Shown here piece after piece: positions 46,701 through 60,799 of a DNA stretch of 64,000 bases. Positions within the stretch are counted from its first letter, which is position 1. Every line of letters begins with the position of its first letter. The translations under genes were made by a program, and so were the position numbers. The DNA is from Eledone cirrhosa. Its lineage: Eukaryota. The notes below the pieces were generated by a model. It was not told the origin of the DNA and ran no database searches. It was given only the letters and a program-made list of their open reading frames with translations. Location of the stretch: NCBI GenBank assembly GCA_964016885.1, contig OZ024741.1, positions 187,178,001-187,242,000 on the forward strand. The letters run 5' to 3'.

Positions 46701-48190
46701 TAGGCAACCATGAATATTTGTGGACAGCTTAACATGTCCCTATCATTCTTTCTGACTAGAACCCTATCTAGGTACGATCTAGATGTTCTGCTACGATTAG
46801 TCCACGTCCACAGTGGCACAGTCGGAAAATCTAGTCGATATCTATCGGCCAGGTCAAATCGGCCGATTAACTGTTTGAGGCTGTTACACCCTCCTCTATC
46901 GGGACGTGCTCCCACATATTCCCAACGTGCATCTAGGATTCCATTCCAGTCCCCCACTAACAGCAGAGAGCAGGACGTTCCCAGAAAAGTCTCTAGACGT
47001 CTGAAGAAGTCTGGCCGCGGACTCCCGGATGGGGCATATGCGGCCGCCATCCTGAAGGCTCCACCTTCACTACCGTTAACGTCTCGGACCACCAGTCGAC
47101 CCACCGGTTCCAGATGTACCGCCTGTGTTACGAGGTCCAGGTGCTTCGCAGCAAAACGGCAACCCCACCCCACCTCCTGGCTGACAGAGAGATGCGTAAA
47201 TCTCAAAGTCGTCGAATATGGGGGGGGGCAGTTGTCGCTCACTGTGTTAGCCGAGGACAGGAAGCTCTCAGGTGACACCTGCTTAGGCAGTGGTAACATG
47301 AGGGCCGCCTACCCTCGACCGAAATGTTTATGTATATAAGTGCATCCAGCAGCATACGTTCCGGGATCCTAGCTATTCGTTCTGGTGTCATTTGGACCAG
47401 AATTTCCAGGCTAGTTCCGCTGAACAGGTCGCCGGAGGACTTACCTACCGATATTATTGTGTCTTTTTCTAGCTTTAAAAATCCACATAGTACCCACCAA
47501 ATATCAATATTTGGTGTGATACTTTGGATTTTTATTTTCTGTGTTCTTTTCCCCATGTAAGTCTGGAAAGGGGTGAACTTCGGTGACACAATTGGCGACA
47601 CAGAGTGTTTCTGTGCCGTCAGTTGGTCTTTCATCAGAATGGATAAACTCCCGTAGAGTCTACCCTTCTGAATGAAAGCAATGTCTTTTAAGGTATCTTC
47701 TAAAACCAACTCAGTTTTGCCTTGTGAAAGTTGAGTCGGTTTTCGGGTTTTGTTTGAGACTGTCCTGAAAACCACAGTTTTCAAGGCAGCTTCTCTTCGC
47801 AAAATCTGGGGGAGAGTTTATGGAGAATGATCCGTTCTCCATGAAAGTTACGTATTGTCTGGTGTTATTCAAAAGCTCATTTGCATTTGAAATATCTACC
47901 AGTGTGTAGCTTACCGTTTTCTTTACGGTTCGCGCAAACGATATTTTGTCGTTTACTTCCTTGTTGCAGTTATTGGTCTTGTTGTTGTTGTTATTGTTAT
48001 TGTTGTTGGTGTTGTTTTCGTTCGTAGCATTGTTGTTGTTGTTGCAGGTGCCGCTGGTTGTGTTGGTTTTGTTCATTGTTTCACACTTTTGGTTTGTTGC
48101 CATGGCAACGTCAAGTTGTCGGGCAGTTGTGGAGAAAATCCTTCCTCTGGCTGACCTTTGTCTTTGACATTTGCTACTATGACAGTGGCA
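43706..48190 (-). mobile_element. L1/Tx1-clade LINE, near full length, decayed
   Basis: ORF1 from ATG 48103 with CYHC..RCHLRASC knuckle; APE (LVGDWNGILD, SYLDRVLV, SDNKLV); RT (NFRPITL, IRQGCPLS, AYADD); C-terminal CPRC..EETVAHAFIHC; AATAAA at the 3' end. Confidence 0.93.
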
Positions 48191-51117
48191 GGGGGAGTTT
48201 ACATAAAATGGCGTCCCCAATAAGGAGGAGGCAATAACAAAATATAAAAATAATATATAAAATATAACAAAAATAAATTTATCCTCAATAAGGAGGAGGC
48301 GCCTTGAGGGGTCGCACACACCCCCGAAAAAAAGTGTGCAGCCCTTCTCCTCGGGAGCACAGAGAGAGGGTGCTCCCTTGATCTTCAATCTTCCTCACCT
48401 ATAGTCTGATGTAGAGTGAAGACCCATTCACACGGGCCATTCTCGCCACTTTCACCCATCTTTCATAAAAACGGCTGGGGTGCAGCACCTCTCTCTCCAT
48501 CCTGATCCTTCTTCCGAAATGATATCGAAGAAACAGACCAGTTGTTGGCCAGAGAGAAAGGTGTCTGACCTCAGTCATTTTAGACGCGTCCACCATACAA
48601 CCTCTTTCGCCATGGCTATTACGCACAGAAACACCGCCTCTTCTTCGTTTTTGAAGAGGGGAGGCGGCTTGATCGTTACAATAGACTCAGTGGTCAACCG
48701 GATCGGTCCCACCCTTGACAGCAGTTGTTCGACATAGCCCCACAGATCGGCAATGCCCGAGCAGTGTACCAATGCGTGTGCAACGGTTTCCTCGTCCACA
48801 CGCATCTGGGACAGATTTTTTTCGAGGGGTCCCTACCCGGGCGCCCGTGTCTGTAGAGCCTTTCTCGAACGGGCAGAGCCCCTCGGTAGCACTACCAGGC
48901 CAGGGACCTCTGGAAGTTGTCCATGGGTCCCGGGCTGAATGTCCTATCGAACATGTTGTCCAGTTCGCCTTCCTCCATGCCTAGGGCTTCTCCGAGGGCG
49001 TCGTAGCACCTGCTAACCACCAGCCCTCTATAGAATGACGAGGTGGATTCTCCACTGACAGCCGGGTCCGCCGGCCAGAGAGCCCTGAGCGCCTGGGAAC
49101 ACTCGGTGTGCCAGGCGCCCAGTTTTTTGCTTGACCCAGGATTGCAGCTCGGTGAGCGAGACGAGTCTGGGAAAGGCTCGCCTCACAAATGAGGCCCACA
49201 CCGGTTGACCGGTGAGGAATACCTGGAGGTGCCGTAGCCTTAATGCGTGTTTACGCATCATCAGCCAGGGCATCCCCAGCCCTCCTTTCGAAGGGTGTTG
49301 ACAGCAGATGGATCTCCTCACCATAGAAGCCCGCTTCTTCCAAAGGAACTGGAAGAGTGCGCGCTCCATTTTGGCGAGCGTTTCCCTTGGGTAACGCACT
49401 ACGGTCATGCGGTAGTAGATGACGCTATATAAGTGTTCGGCACCTCCGCCCGACCTTTCAGGGACAGTTTGCATTGGGCCCACTTCTGGGTCAGTGCAAA
49501 CACCCTGTTCGTTACCTCACCCCAGTTCTTCTCCACCTGGAGGTCTGGTCCGAACCAGACCCCGAGCAACTTCACCGGGCCCTCCGTCCAGCGCCCGACG
49601 TCGCCATCGGAGGGCATCGATTTGCCCCTCCACGTGCCGAGTTGCAGACCGATCGACTGTCCCGGTTCAGCTTAGCCTCTGTAAACCTTTCGTACTCCTC
49701 CAGTAAGGTACCGATTGCCCCGATTTCCGAGGCCATCGACACCATTACTGTTACGTCATCGGCGTAGGCCGACACAGCTTTCCGCAATCCCGGTTCCAAC
49801 CGGATGCCCTGCAACAACTCCAACTTCGGCAGCAGTGGCTCTAGAGTCACTACATACAAAAGGGAGGAGAGCGGTAACCCTTGTCGGATGGACCGCGCGA
49901 ATTCGAACGGCTCCGAGAGGTAGCCGTTTACCTTGACCCTAGAGCAGATGCGGTTGCTGTGCATGGCATTGATCCAGCCCCTGAAAACGGGTCCGAAGCC
50001 TGCCGCCGCTAGCACCGCATCCAGGTAACCATGGTCGACCCTATCGAACGCCTTAGATTGATCCAAGTTGATCAGGGCCCCACCAAAGCCGAGTTCGTTC
50101 TCAACCCTCTCTATGATGTATCGCATGAGGTGGAGGTTGTCGTGGATTGACCTGGACGGGATAGCACATGTCTGCGCATCTCCCACCAGGTTGCCCACGA
50201 CAAGCTCCAACCTCTTTGCTAGCACCTTGGCCAAAACCTGTAACTCTGTATTTAGCAGAGTTATGGGCCTGAAATTATTTATATCGTCCCCCTTGTTCTC
50301 GTCCTTCCTCACTAGCGTGACTACGCCCTTTGTCACAGCACAGGGAATTCTCCCGTTCTGTTGCCAGTTGCAGTAGACCGCCTCGAGGAGATCGGGGAAC
50401 AAGTCCGGAATAGCTAGATATAGTTCGTATGGAAGACCATCGAGACCCGGGGAATTGCGTTTGCCGCATTGGCTCAGCACGTCCTCTATCTCAGCGGCTG
50501 AAATCGGCTCCTCGCAGGACTTCGCCTCCCTGTCCGAGAGACGCGGTAGGCCGTCGAGGTATGGACCGAAGTCCACTTCCCCAACCGGCTCCCGCCCCTT
50601 CCGAACATTCTGGCAAAGTGCTTTTGAAAAGCCTCGCACATCTGCTTAGGTTCAAGGATCACCCGTCCATCCTGGTCTCGCAAAGACCGGATAGTGGATC
50701 TACTCCCTCTTTTGGCTTCTGTCACGCGGGCCCAGCTTTGGTCCCCTCGTTTCCCAGAGCACGTATTTTGCTTCGGACGATGCAGCCTTCGTGTTTCGCG
50801 TCGAAGAACTGGCACAGGGCCGTTCTCGACGCTAGCACTCTGGCCACGTCGCCGCTTCTAATTGCCTCTTCTACACTATCTATCAACTCCCTTTCCTTCC
50901 TATATCTATTTGAGGCTAACTCCTTACTAAATTCTATAAATACTACTCTAATCTCTCTTTAGAGAGATCCCCACCACCTGCTGTTGAGGATGGCGCCCGT
51001 CAACCGCTCCTTAACTAAAGTGCTAATCCGGTCCCTGTAAGCCTTACTTGCCGGTAAGGACAAGTTGAGCTTCCAGTAACCGGGTCCCTGTCTATGCGTT
51101 CTGTCAAGGTTGACCAT
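48191..51117 (-). mobile_element. L1/Tx1-clade LINE, 5'-truncated, related subfamily
   Basis: GPGYWKLN, SPGLDGLPYE, LDQSKAFDRVDH, AYADDVT, ETVAHALVHC; 3' UTR abuts the 5' end of the previous copy. Confidence 0.93.
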
Positions 51118-51130
51118 CTAACAGAGATAA

Positions 51131-51182
<52 letters not shown>

Positions 51183-51183
51183 A

Positions 51184-51499
51184 TTTCTATTTATTTGCCA
51201 CGAGGGCACAAAAGAAGGGGACAAATACACAGTGGGGGAGTTTACATAAATCGAGTAAAGAAAAAAGGAATAACAATAATAATATAATAATAAAGAGTCC
51301 TCAAAATGGAGGGGGCGTGTTCGGGATTGCACATACCCCCGAAAAGTGTGCAACCCTTTTCGCGGGGGAAGCCCAGAGAGGAGGTGCTCCCCCTTTCCTC
51401 TTCACTTCTTCACCTACAGAACAATGTAGAGAGAAGGCCCATTTACACGAGCCATTCTCGCTTCTTTCACCCACCTTTCATAAAACTGTCTGGGGCCAA
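51184..51499 (-). mobile_element. L1/Tx1 3'-end fragment inside (GATA)n
   Basis: FYERWVKEARMARVNGPSL, 3' UTR and AATAAA; (TATC)n on both sides. Confidence 0.85.
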
Positions 51500-51634
51500 G
51501 ATAGATAGATAGATAGATAGATACACGAAATTTAATATAGGACTAGAACTGTTTCATTGGAAGGAAATCATCGGGAAGCCGCCCCGCCCCCAATTAAACC
51601 CGAGACTCATATATTATATATATATAGAAATAGA

Positions 51635-51740
<106 letters not shown>

Positions 51741-52355
51741 TGATGGCTGCACCCTCGTTATCGAGTATGCCCATTGCACGATATACCATTATTAATAATT
51801 AATAATTAATTCTATCGTGCAATGCCTGTGCGTGACGAATATTTTTAAAGTGAGGAAAGACTGTGCACTGAGCCAATCCCACTCTCTCAGCGACAGTAGC
51901 TATAACCCGAAAAGAAGAAAAGATCAATATCATCGGTAACTACTGAGCCGTAGGTTTTATATCGGAGTTATCCCAGTTTGCTTAGTTGTCTTCTCCTAGA
52001 AGAATGCCCTGACAAAGGCTAGGGGTCCTTCACTCCCAGAACCGCGCGATCGGGTGTCCAGCCCGACTATTTCTATGTCCCCATGCATATACATACACAT
52101 GCACCTATGTGTATACACATATACATATACGTACATATGTACATGCGGATATACATATTTACACACTTTTGGATCGCAGGTGACCCTTATGAGTTCTTCC
52201 GCCCTTTGTCAGGTTATGTTTTTTGTCCTGCAGGGTGTCCAAATTCACCCTCCTCACCAAGTAAAATTGGTGGGGATGCCGGCTTAATCGCCGACGACCT
52301 GACCATGCGGCAGGTTGTTCTGGATTACATGTTACCAGTAGCACTCAAGAGTGAC
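51741..52355 (-). mobile_element. Non-autonomous RTE-derived element, variant lacking the zinc-finger segment
   Basis: Colinear with 22217-22826 (tgacaaaggctaggggtc, tcctgcagg.tgtccaaa.tcaccctcctcaccaag, acatgttaccagtagcac). Confidence 0.75.
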
Positions 52356-52753
52356 ATATATATATATACTTATACATCTCGTATGCAAGACAGGTTGAGA
52401 GTCAACTATGCATCAAAGCATGTTCGTAAACAGGGTTTTCCAAATGAATTAAGGAAATTATTTACTTTCCTAAAAGTAGTGACTTCTCTTTTAAATTTTT
52501 CGTAGCATTACAGTGTATGTAAAAATTACACAACAAAAATAATAAAGCAAACGTCATAGTGCAAGGAATAAATACATTAGTTTAACGATTGGTATAGTAG
52601 GAAAATAGTCTTAACGGTTTGGACACTAGTCGTTCATCAGCAAACAAAATATCAAATAGAAAGATAGAGAGTGAGAAGAGGATGGAAATGTGTCTGTGCG
52701 CGCGCGCCTATGCATATGTGCGTGGGTGCGAATGTGTGTGTGTGTGTGTGCGA

Positions 52754-52834
<81 letters not shown>

Positions 52835-53749
52835 GATAGATTTCTATGTGTCGCTCTCACGATTCGTTACTGATGCCGCATTATTTGCATGACCAAGGAG
52901 GAATCGCTAAAGTCAAAGTAGCCACAGATAGTTCATCTCAGTATAATGAAATAGTTACGCTATAGTTCGGTATAGAATACTTTTTTACTTCATGTTTATA
53001 TGTTACATATATGTATACGTATGATGTGTTTGTCTGTATGAATGAACATATATGTGTATATATGTGTGTGAGTGTCTGTATGTATATGTGTTAGTGAGCG
53101 GGATGGCACACATGGAAAAGAAGCCAATGGCGGTTAGGAGCGTTGCTAAGTGTTCCCGGCGGCCATTTTTATCGTAAGTTGACGATACACAGTAAGCGCG
53201 AGGGGGGAATATGTTGTTGCTGCGCACATAATGAGTCACTATAAATCAGCTGATAGAGAACAGACTGTGCTCACCTTTGTGCGTATGCGTCGATGTACGT
53301 GTGTCTCTGTGTTTGTATACGTGAAAAACATATTAATGTGCATTGTGTGTGTGTGCGTTTGTGAGTAAGTGTATCTATGTTTTGCGTCTTAATATTTCTG
53401 TTTCTATGCATATAATCATTACGTACGTATACACATGTGTAGTTTTATCAGCTATATATTTTGTTTCCCTTTCACCTATGATGTTTCATTTATCTCTCTA
53501 TCTTTCTACATCGAGTTACATGAAAATATTCTTGTATATATATATATATATATATATATAGAAGTCGTTACACAACAGTTAGTTATATATATATATGTTT
53601 GAAGTATATTTAAAGAAACTTTTTCTTCTTTAATCCGACAAAGTAATTATTGAAAACAGGAGATAAACATTTTTTTTTAAATTGGGTTAGCCTCCCGGTT
53701 TTTTACCACTATATATATTTATATCTATATCTATCTATCTAACTCTCTT

Positions 53750-53810
<61 letters not shown>

Positions 53811-53819
53811 GTGTATATA

Positions 53820-54156
<337 letters not shown>

Positions 54157-54277
54157 GGTAAACAGAAATAACAACACGATCGGTACAGTATATGGAAAGT
54201 ATATATTAGCTTAACGCTTGATATAGTAGGAAGAGGGTCTTAACGTTTCGGACGCTAGTCCTTATATATATATATCC

Positions 54278-54466
54278 GTAGAAAGTAGAGTACTCAGCCG
54301 AAAGGACGGTTTCGTATAGATTTAGTTCCTCAAAAATTAGCAAACCATACTCGAGGACACGCGTTTCACTGAACGGTTTTTCAACCCGCAGCCATTTACC
54401 GGGTGAAAATCTGTTCGGTGAAACGCACGTCCTCGTTGTGGTTTGTTAATTCGTTGTAGAACTTAG

Positions 54467-54470
<4 letters not shown>
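54278..54470. mobile_element. Older imperfect fold-back element with half-hammerhead (GAAA-CGCACG-TC-CTCG)
   Basis: aattagcaaacca..cgaggacacgcgtttcactgaac versus gttcggtgaaacgcacgtcctcg..tggtttgttaatt. Confidence 0.6.
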
Positions 54471-54563
<93 letters not shown>

Positions 54564-55031
54564 TTTAGTACAGTATTGACGAAGCTTTAGTATACGGCCA
54601 AGCTAGCGTATATGCATAATCGGTCTGTAGCTTTAGCACTCGGATGAGGTAAGACCCCAGAGTAATAACATTACGTTCAGACAGCTTAGCAAATCAGATA
54701 TAGCAGTCGGAAGTCCAGCCGCATTACCAGAGCAACGAAAATACAGGACCCGGGATATATATATATATATATAAATGGAAAAAATGAAACGAAATTTCAT
54801 TTCTCACTCTTAGTATGGCTGTTACTTAAATATAAGTATGTATACGTACATACATATATGTATACAGACGTACAGTAGTATGTATATATATACATACATG
54901 CACATATATACGTATGGATTCACCGAACATTTATTATAATGCTCGGTTTGTTTGTAAACAAACATCCCGAATTAAGCCGTACAGTTTTTAGCAACCATCG
55001 TTGCCCTTTTGTTCAACACTGACAAAGGAAT

Positions 55032-55070
55032 GATGTACTAGTTTCAAGCTTATTAGCTATCGTCAGCACC
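55032..55070 (-). ncRNA. Minimal type I hammerhead ribozyme
   Basis: GGTG-CTGACGA-tAGCT aata AGCTt-GAAA-CTAG-TA-CATC. Confidence 0.85.
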
Positions 55071-55079
55071 GTATACCTT

Positions 55080-55114
<35 letters not shown>

Positions 55115-55234
55115 GTATGGATTCACCGAACATTTATTATAATGCTCGGTTTGTTTGTAAACAAACATCCCGAATTAAGCTGTACAGTGTTTAGCAACCA
55201 TCGTTGCCCTTTTGTTCAATACTGACAAAGGAAT

Positions 55235-55273
55235 GATGTACTAGTTTCAAGCTTATTAGCTATCGTCAGCACC
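55235..55273 (-). ncRNA. Minimal type I hammerhead ribozyme (second unit)
   Basis: Identical to 55032-55070. Confidence 0.85.
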
Positions 55274-55324
55274 GTATACCTTCCTGCCAGATGATTGAAC
55301 GTCTGAAAGTATATACTTTCCTTA

Positions 55325-55379
<55 letters not shown>

Positions 55380-55504
55380 ATATATGTATGCGTGTGTGTG
55401 TGCATATATAAATATATACATACGTATACACATATACATAATCATAAACGCACATACGCACACATCCATATATATATTTATATTTATATATATATATATA
55501 TATA

Positions 55505-56320
55505 AATGAAATAACAGGAGGCTGGACTCGTGTAAATTCTTGAAAGGTTTATTGATCATTTCAATGACCGGGTTCCATATGAATCCGGTGATATCATCAG
55601 GTATTGGAATATAACAAAGGAATATGTAAAAAGCCATGGGTCCGAAAAATCAGAGACAGAGGGGACGGCTGACCGACTAGTTTCTCAGCCAGCCGCCCTC
55701 AAAGTGTTGGCAACTGAAAAACTACCAATGAATATCTGGTGAGGGGGCGAAGGCTTACAATGCGCTACCACCACTCCGTCAAAGAAGAAGGGGAAGAAAG
55801 AAAGGGAGAAAGAAGTGTAGTGTAAGGGTCAAACTACATTCATGCTAGAAAATGCCGCGAAAAATGCTACCCAAAGAATCTATAATGGGGGTCTGTATGG
55901 TCTAATGTGTGAACTGAAGATTGGAACGTTAAATTTATGTTGCGAGTTATAGGATGAAATTAAATTAAATTAAAAATATTAAATTGCAAAATGGTAAATT
56001 GAAAAATAGAGGTAGCGAGATTTATTTATTTAATGAAATTACGGATAGAGTCTTATATGAAAAATTTGTTTAGATATTAGGATGGGATATAGAGTAAAGA
56101 TTTCGATTGGGAGTCCCAGCCAGCACACCCACCACCATGAGTCAGCCAGTCTCGAGTGGTATCGTCCAGCGAAAGAAATGGAAATTAATTTTTCTGAGTA
56201 CTCTAGGAACGTAGCTAACTTTGGCCCCTTTGCGTTGAGTACTCTTCACAATATTACACCAGGATTGACCGTACGGAATGACAAGTTCTATCCAGTGGTG
56301 AACCAACAAACCTAAAGAAA
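55505..56320 (-). mobile_element. Possible decayed PLE 3' portion ending in a damaged hammerhead (55553-55604)
   Basis: 3' end homologous to 40180-40338 but lacking the cleavage triplet and stem I 3' strand; weak GIY-YIG C-terminal-like remnant HHWIEL.H...KGAK..LEYSE near 56190-56305. Confidence 0.4.
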
Positions 56321-56749
56321 TATATATATAAACTATTGGAACGTCGAGTGAGTAGAAAATTCTCTTCAAAAATGTAGAACATCTCGAACGCAGCTAACTG
56401 GGAAGACAGTCGATTGTTATAAGTAATATTAGAAAATCGGGTAAAATACTCATAGAAATCATAGAGACAGAAAATGTAGTCAGCAGTAGTTTTCTGTAGT
56501 TTTCTTTACAGAGAGATGGGGAGGGCGATGACGGCTGGGGTTCGGACACGTTGCACCTGTCATGTGGAACCTGTGGATATATATCATACGGCTATGTCTG
56601 ACCATAAATACACAGTTAAAATCCATGATTACAGAGAAATTGTGTATATTTTTGTCTGCAATCGTGTTTTATCTATTGCAATCTACGTTCGAGATTTTCT
56701 ATATTTTCTATGAATTTCGACTCACTCGACGCTTCGATGGTTTGTTTAC

Positions 56750-56793
<44 letters not shown>

Positions 56794-56856
56794 TTGTGTT
56801 GTTATTTCTGTTTACTCTTTACAAACACACGCACATAAATATATATATATATATAT

Positions 56857-57088
56857 TGAGCAAGACACTTGCTCCCGTTTACTCGGTTGTAGAAATGAGT
56901 TGCGACGTCGCTGGTGCCAAGCTGTATCGGCCATAGCCTTTCCATTGGATAACATCGGTGGCGTCGAGAGGGGAGGCTGGGCCGCATGGACGACTGCTGG
57001 TCTTCCTCAAACAACCTTGCTTGGACTTGTGCCTCGGAGGGAAACTTTCTAGTTGTAAATCACTTAGTCATTCGTGAACGAAGGGGTT
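56857..57088 (+). mobile_element. SINE fragment (5'-truncated)
   Basis: ttgagcaagacactt core-like start; gtcattcgtgaacgaagggg LINE-like tail. Confidence 0.5.
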
Positions 57089-57752
57089 CTTCGCGATATA
57101 CTGACAGAATAACCATGTTGCTTGTGTTTCTTTCTATCTTCGGTTAGCTTTCCCCAGTGTTGTTTACTTGTCTCACTCGCTTTACGCGTTTCAATTGTCC
57201 TAATAACTTATTTTAGTTATTTTCGCACTAACGTGAGGTATATGATTTTTAATGCGATGAAATACCAATGATCGTTGGCAAATCACTGATGAGGGACTCA
57301 TTTTATGACATGCAATCCATGTGCAACCATGCAGTATTCTTCTCCCCATATTTTTCACATATATATATATATAGTTATGTAATAAACAACATAAGGAAAT
57401 TATTTAATTTACCAGTGGTTTCTTGAAAGCAAACAAATTTTGCTTTCAATCATCAGAATGAAAGAATCCTGGTGTATTTATTGACATTGGATTTTAAAAA
57501 CAAAAATATAATCTATATGAAAGTGAGGCTGGAAAAGGAAGAAGGAAAGGAAAAATAAACACACATGCACACACACACACACACACACATACAATTACAT
57601 ACACACACATATATACATACATATACACATATATATATATATACATACACATGAAATAATTGTAGTATTTTGTTTATTACATAACTATTAAGATCTGTAA
57701 CCTACATAGAGCACTCTTTTTTCCTGGACCTTTCCCACGGAATTACTTCATT

Positions 57753-57790
<38 letters not shown>

Positions 57791-57793
<3 letters not shown>

Positions 57794-57982
57794 TTAATAT
57801 AGATGAGATTCTACAGGACTAGAACTGTTTCATTCATTAGAAATCATCATGATTCCTGATGATTTCTAATGAATGAAACAGTTCTAGTCCTGTAGAATCT
57901 CATCTATATTAAAACTGTTATACTCTGCTATGTATTGAGTACCTTACTTACTGTGGTTACCTCCGATTCAACCCGCAATAAC

Positions 57983-57983
<1 letters not shown>
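57791..57983 (+). mobile_element. Fold-back hammerhead element (59-bp inverted arm)
   Basis: 57791-57849 is the reverse complement of 57857-57915; (TA)n flanks. Confidence 0.88.
57851..57899 (+). ncRNA. Type I hammerhead ribozyme motif
   Basis: GATTC-CTGATGA-tTTC taat GAAt-GAAA-CAG ttctagtc CTG-TA-GAATC. Confidence 0.85.
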
Positions 57984-58024
<41 letters not shown>

Positions 58025-58026
<2 letters not shown>

Positions 58027-58311
58027 CCAGGGCCTTCTCACACGTGTAGGAGGAATCCATGCCTGGTTCACCTCCACCACATTCTGTTTTGATTTGTACT
58101 GGCCGCGGGTTGGTGCGGCTATTTAAACCATAATTGGGGTGGATGCCCGTTGACTCTGAGTTCATCAACGCTTTTAACAGTTCTTGTTTTTTATGCTGCC
58201 GGCTTTTCACTTACCCTCCTCGCCGTAGCCGGTGTCGCCACCAACCACTCGACCATGAATCAGATTGTACTGAGTTACATGGTACCAGTAGTAGGCAGAA
58301 GCCTGACCTGA
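58025..58311 (-). mobile_element. RTE-like 5' region fragment
   Basis: accctcctcgcc...gtcgcc...cgaccatg...ttgtactgagttacatggtaccagtag...gacctg resembles 22711-22823. Confidence 0.55.
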
Positions 58312-58412
<101 letters not shown>

Positions 58413-59005
58413 TCGTGAGTGAATAATAATATTATTAATATTCGGTTCGTTTGCAACCAAACGGCCTCATAACACCATGTGTGTTTTCTAGACGACTAAC
58501 GTGATCCGTTTGTTCCAGGCGGTGGTAAAAAGAAAACAGTCAGCAGTCGTTTCGGAGTTATTACTTCTTATCTAGACTCTGTATTCTCTCGCTGGAACTG
58601 TCGAGAATAAATAGTATTCTCTAAGTTATGCATTCACGGGTTAGCCTAATTTGCATACCGAGCGATTTGCGGCCGGCTTTGTTTAAAAATTAAAAACAAA
58701 ATTTGTTTTCACGCCAACATAGAGGATTCCTAAAAGTGTGTGTTTATACGTGTGTATATGATTGTGTATATTTGTAGTTTCTGGCAGAATCTGCACTTCA
58801 ATCTCATATAACAACACACAATAGAATATAGAATAAATAAAGTAATTAATTCTTATAATCTGCAAATCTCAAGGAGATCTAAAGAGACATTTCAAAGTTC
58901 ATTAAGATACGCAGGCAGTCCAAAATACACCGAAACTAATATGCAATTTATCTAGAGAGCTCTTTAAACGTATGTCTGCCCTAAAAATCCCCACCAGAAA
59001 ACCAG

Positions 59006-59096
<91 letters not shown>

Positions 59097-59483
59097 GCGT
59101 AAATATAATTATGCAATATGTTATGATATCATATACATGTTTTGTCTTTGTAAGAAATTGTTCTTCTCGTTCCACACAACGACGTATATCTTCGCTTTTC
59201 CAGTTCATTGCCAGGGGACGTCTTCACCAACCAAAGTATCGTCTTCCTGTTTTACCTCGGTTGCAACGTTTTTCGAAATATTACTTCTGCGTCCACAGAT
59301 TGATTTTTTTTAGTTTCAGAAGATCCCGTTAAGGGTGAAAGCAATGATTCTTTGCTTAAACTTAATCTGTTCTTATAATAAATATTTGTTCTACGGTTTA
59401 TATATATATATATAAAATAAAGACATGTATTCAAAGCTCAAATGTACATACATTGGTGTTCTATATCGTCAGCTGTATATATA

Positions 59484-59550
<67 letters not shown>

Positions 59551-59556
<6 letters not shown>

Positions 59557-59998
59557 AATAAGATGTCGCTTCAAGCATAGCTTTATACAATATGTATAGA
59601 AATTCCGTATTTCTAAAGAAATACGGTTTTGGGAAGCCGTAGCTATGCAAACACCGGAGGGCTAATGCCCTCTGGTGGGTGTCCAGCAGAAGCAAAGGCG
59701 ACAACCGTCTATGTATTTCAGGCTTGACTAGCCTTCGTCAGGACGATTCCTCCTACCGCTTGCGACTGCTGGACTTGAAAACAGCCGAAAATATATAGTT
59801 TTCTCGTCTGTGTAAATGAGGTGATTAATCTCATTTGCATTTGAAGCTGTACAAGTTGGCTCAACTTATAATAAAAAACAAATAAGATTTCGCTTCAAGC
59901 ATAGCTTCTGCTGGACACCACCAGAGGGTGTTAGGCCCCCGGTGTTTGCATAGCTACGGCTTCTTAAAACCATATTTCTTTAGAAATACGAAATTTCT

Positions 59999-60004
<6 letters not shown>
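59551..60004 (-). mobile_element. Hammerhead element (~324-nt unit) with terminal direct repeat and 5' inverted arm
   Basis: Direct repeat 59556-59583 / 59880-59907; inverted repeat 59590-59693 / 59904-60005. Confidence 0.85.
59704..59747 (-). ncRNA. Type I hammerhead ribozyme motif
   Basis: ATCGTC-CTGACGA-AGGCT agtca AGCCT-GAAA-TACA-TA-GACGGT. Confidence 0.85.
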
Positions 60005-60053
<49 letters not shown>

Positions 60054-60198
60054 CACATACGTATATATATATATATAGACAACTAACGAAATAGAGCACC
60101 TTTCCTTAAGATCAACGCTATAATATAATATAATATATTATAATATATCAAAATATAGTGTTTCTTATATGTATACATATATATATTCATATGTGTAT

Positions 60199-60394
<196 letters not shown>

Positions 60395-60799
60395 TTATAT
60401 GTAATGATGTAGAGAGAGAGAAAGGGGGAGGGGAAGGGAGAGAGAAAGAAAGAGAAAGAAAGAGAGTGATACAGCTGATGAAATAGAACACCTTTCCTTA
60501 AGATCAACGTTAAGCTGTACTAAAGTAAAAGCCTTTGGACTCCCTGTGGAGAAAAGATTATGTATTTTCATAACCTGTAGAATTGTAGAGGGTGTGGGGC
60601 TTCTAAGTATTGCACTCACACCTGTGATGCATCAATAAAAACAGCAGTGACAACAACTAAAACACCAACAAATATGGTAAAAAACGCCTCGAATCACAAA
60701 ATAACGATAGTGATAAAAATATACAAGACTACTGAAACCATGAGATGCCAAATTGTATACGTTTCTCATGGCGATTATCATGAATGTCTTCGGTAACAT

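Larger units (their letters stand above)
43534..51630. repeat. Inverted arms (43534-43650 / 51515-51630) enclosing the Tx1 array; arms contain a decayed hammerhead (CCGATGA...GAAACAGTTCTAGTCCT)
   Basis: tatatgagtttcgggtttaattg...gaaacagttctagtcctatattaaatttc versus its reverse complement at 51527-51613. Confidence 0.85.
54908..55284 (-). mobile_element. Tandem dimer (203-nt period) of a hammerhead element
   Basis: 54908-55081 and 55111-55284 nearly identical, separated by (TA)n. Confidence 0.9.

Noticed and set aside
44019-50962. Plus-strand ORFs over the Tx1 elements
   Set aside because: Antisense shadows of GC-rich LINE coding sequence.
57285-57460. CTGATGA at 57286(+) and near 57450(-)
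   Set aside because: The first lacks GAAA; the second lacks stems I and II. At most relics.
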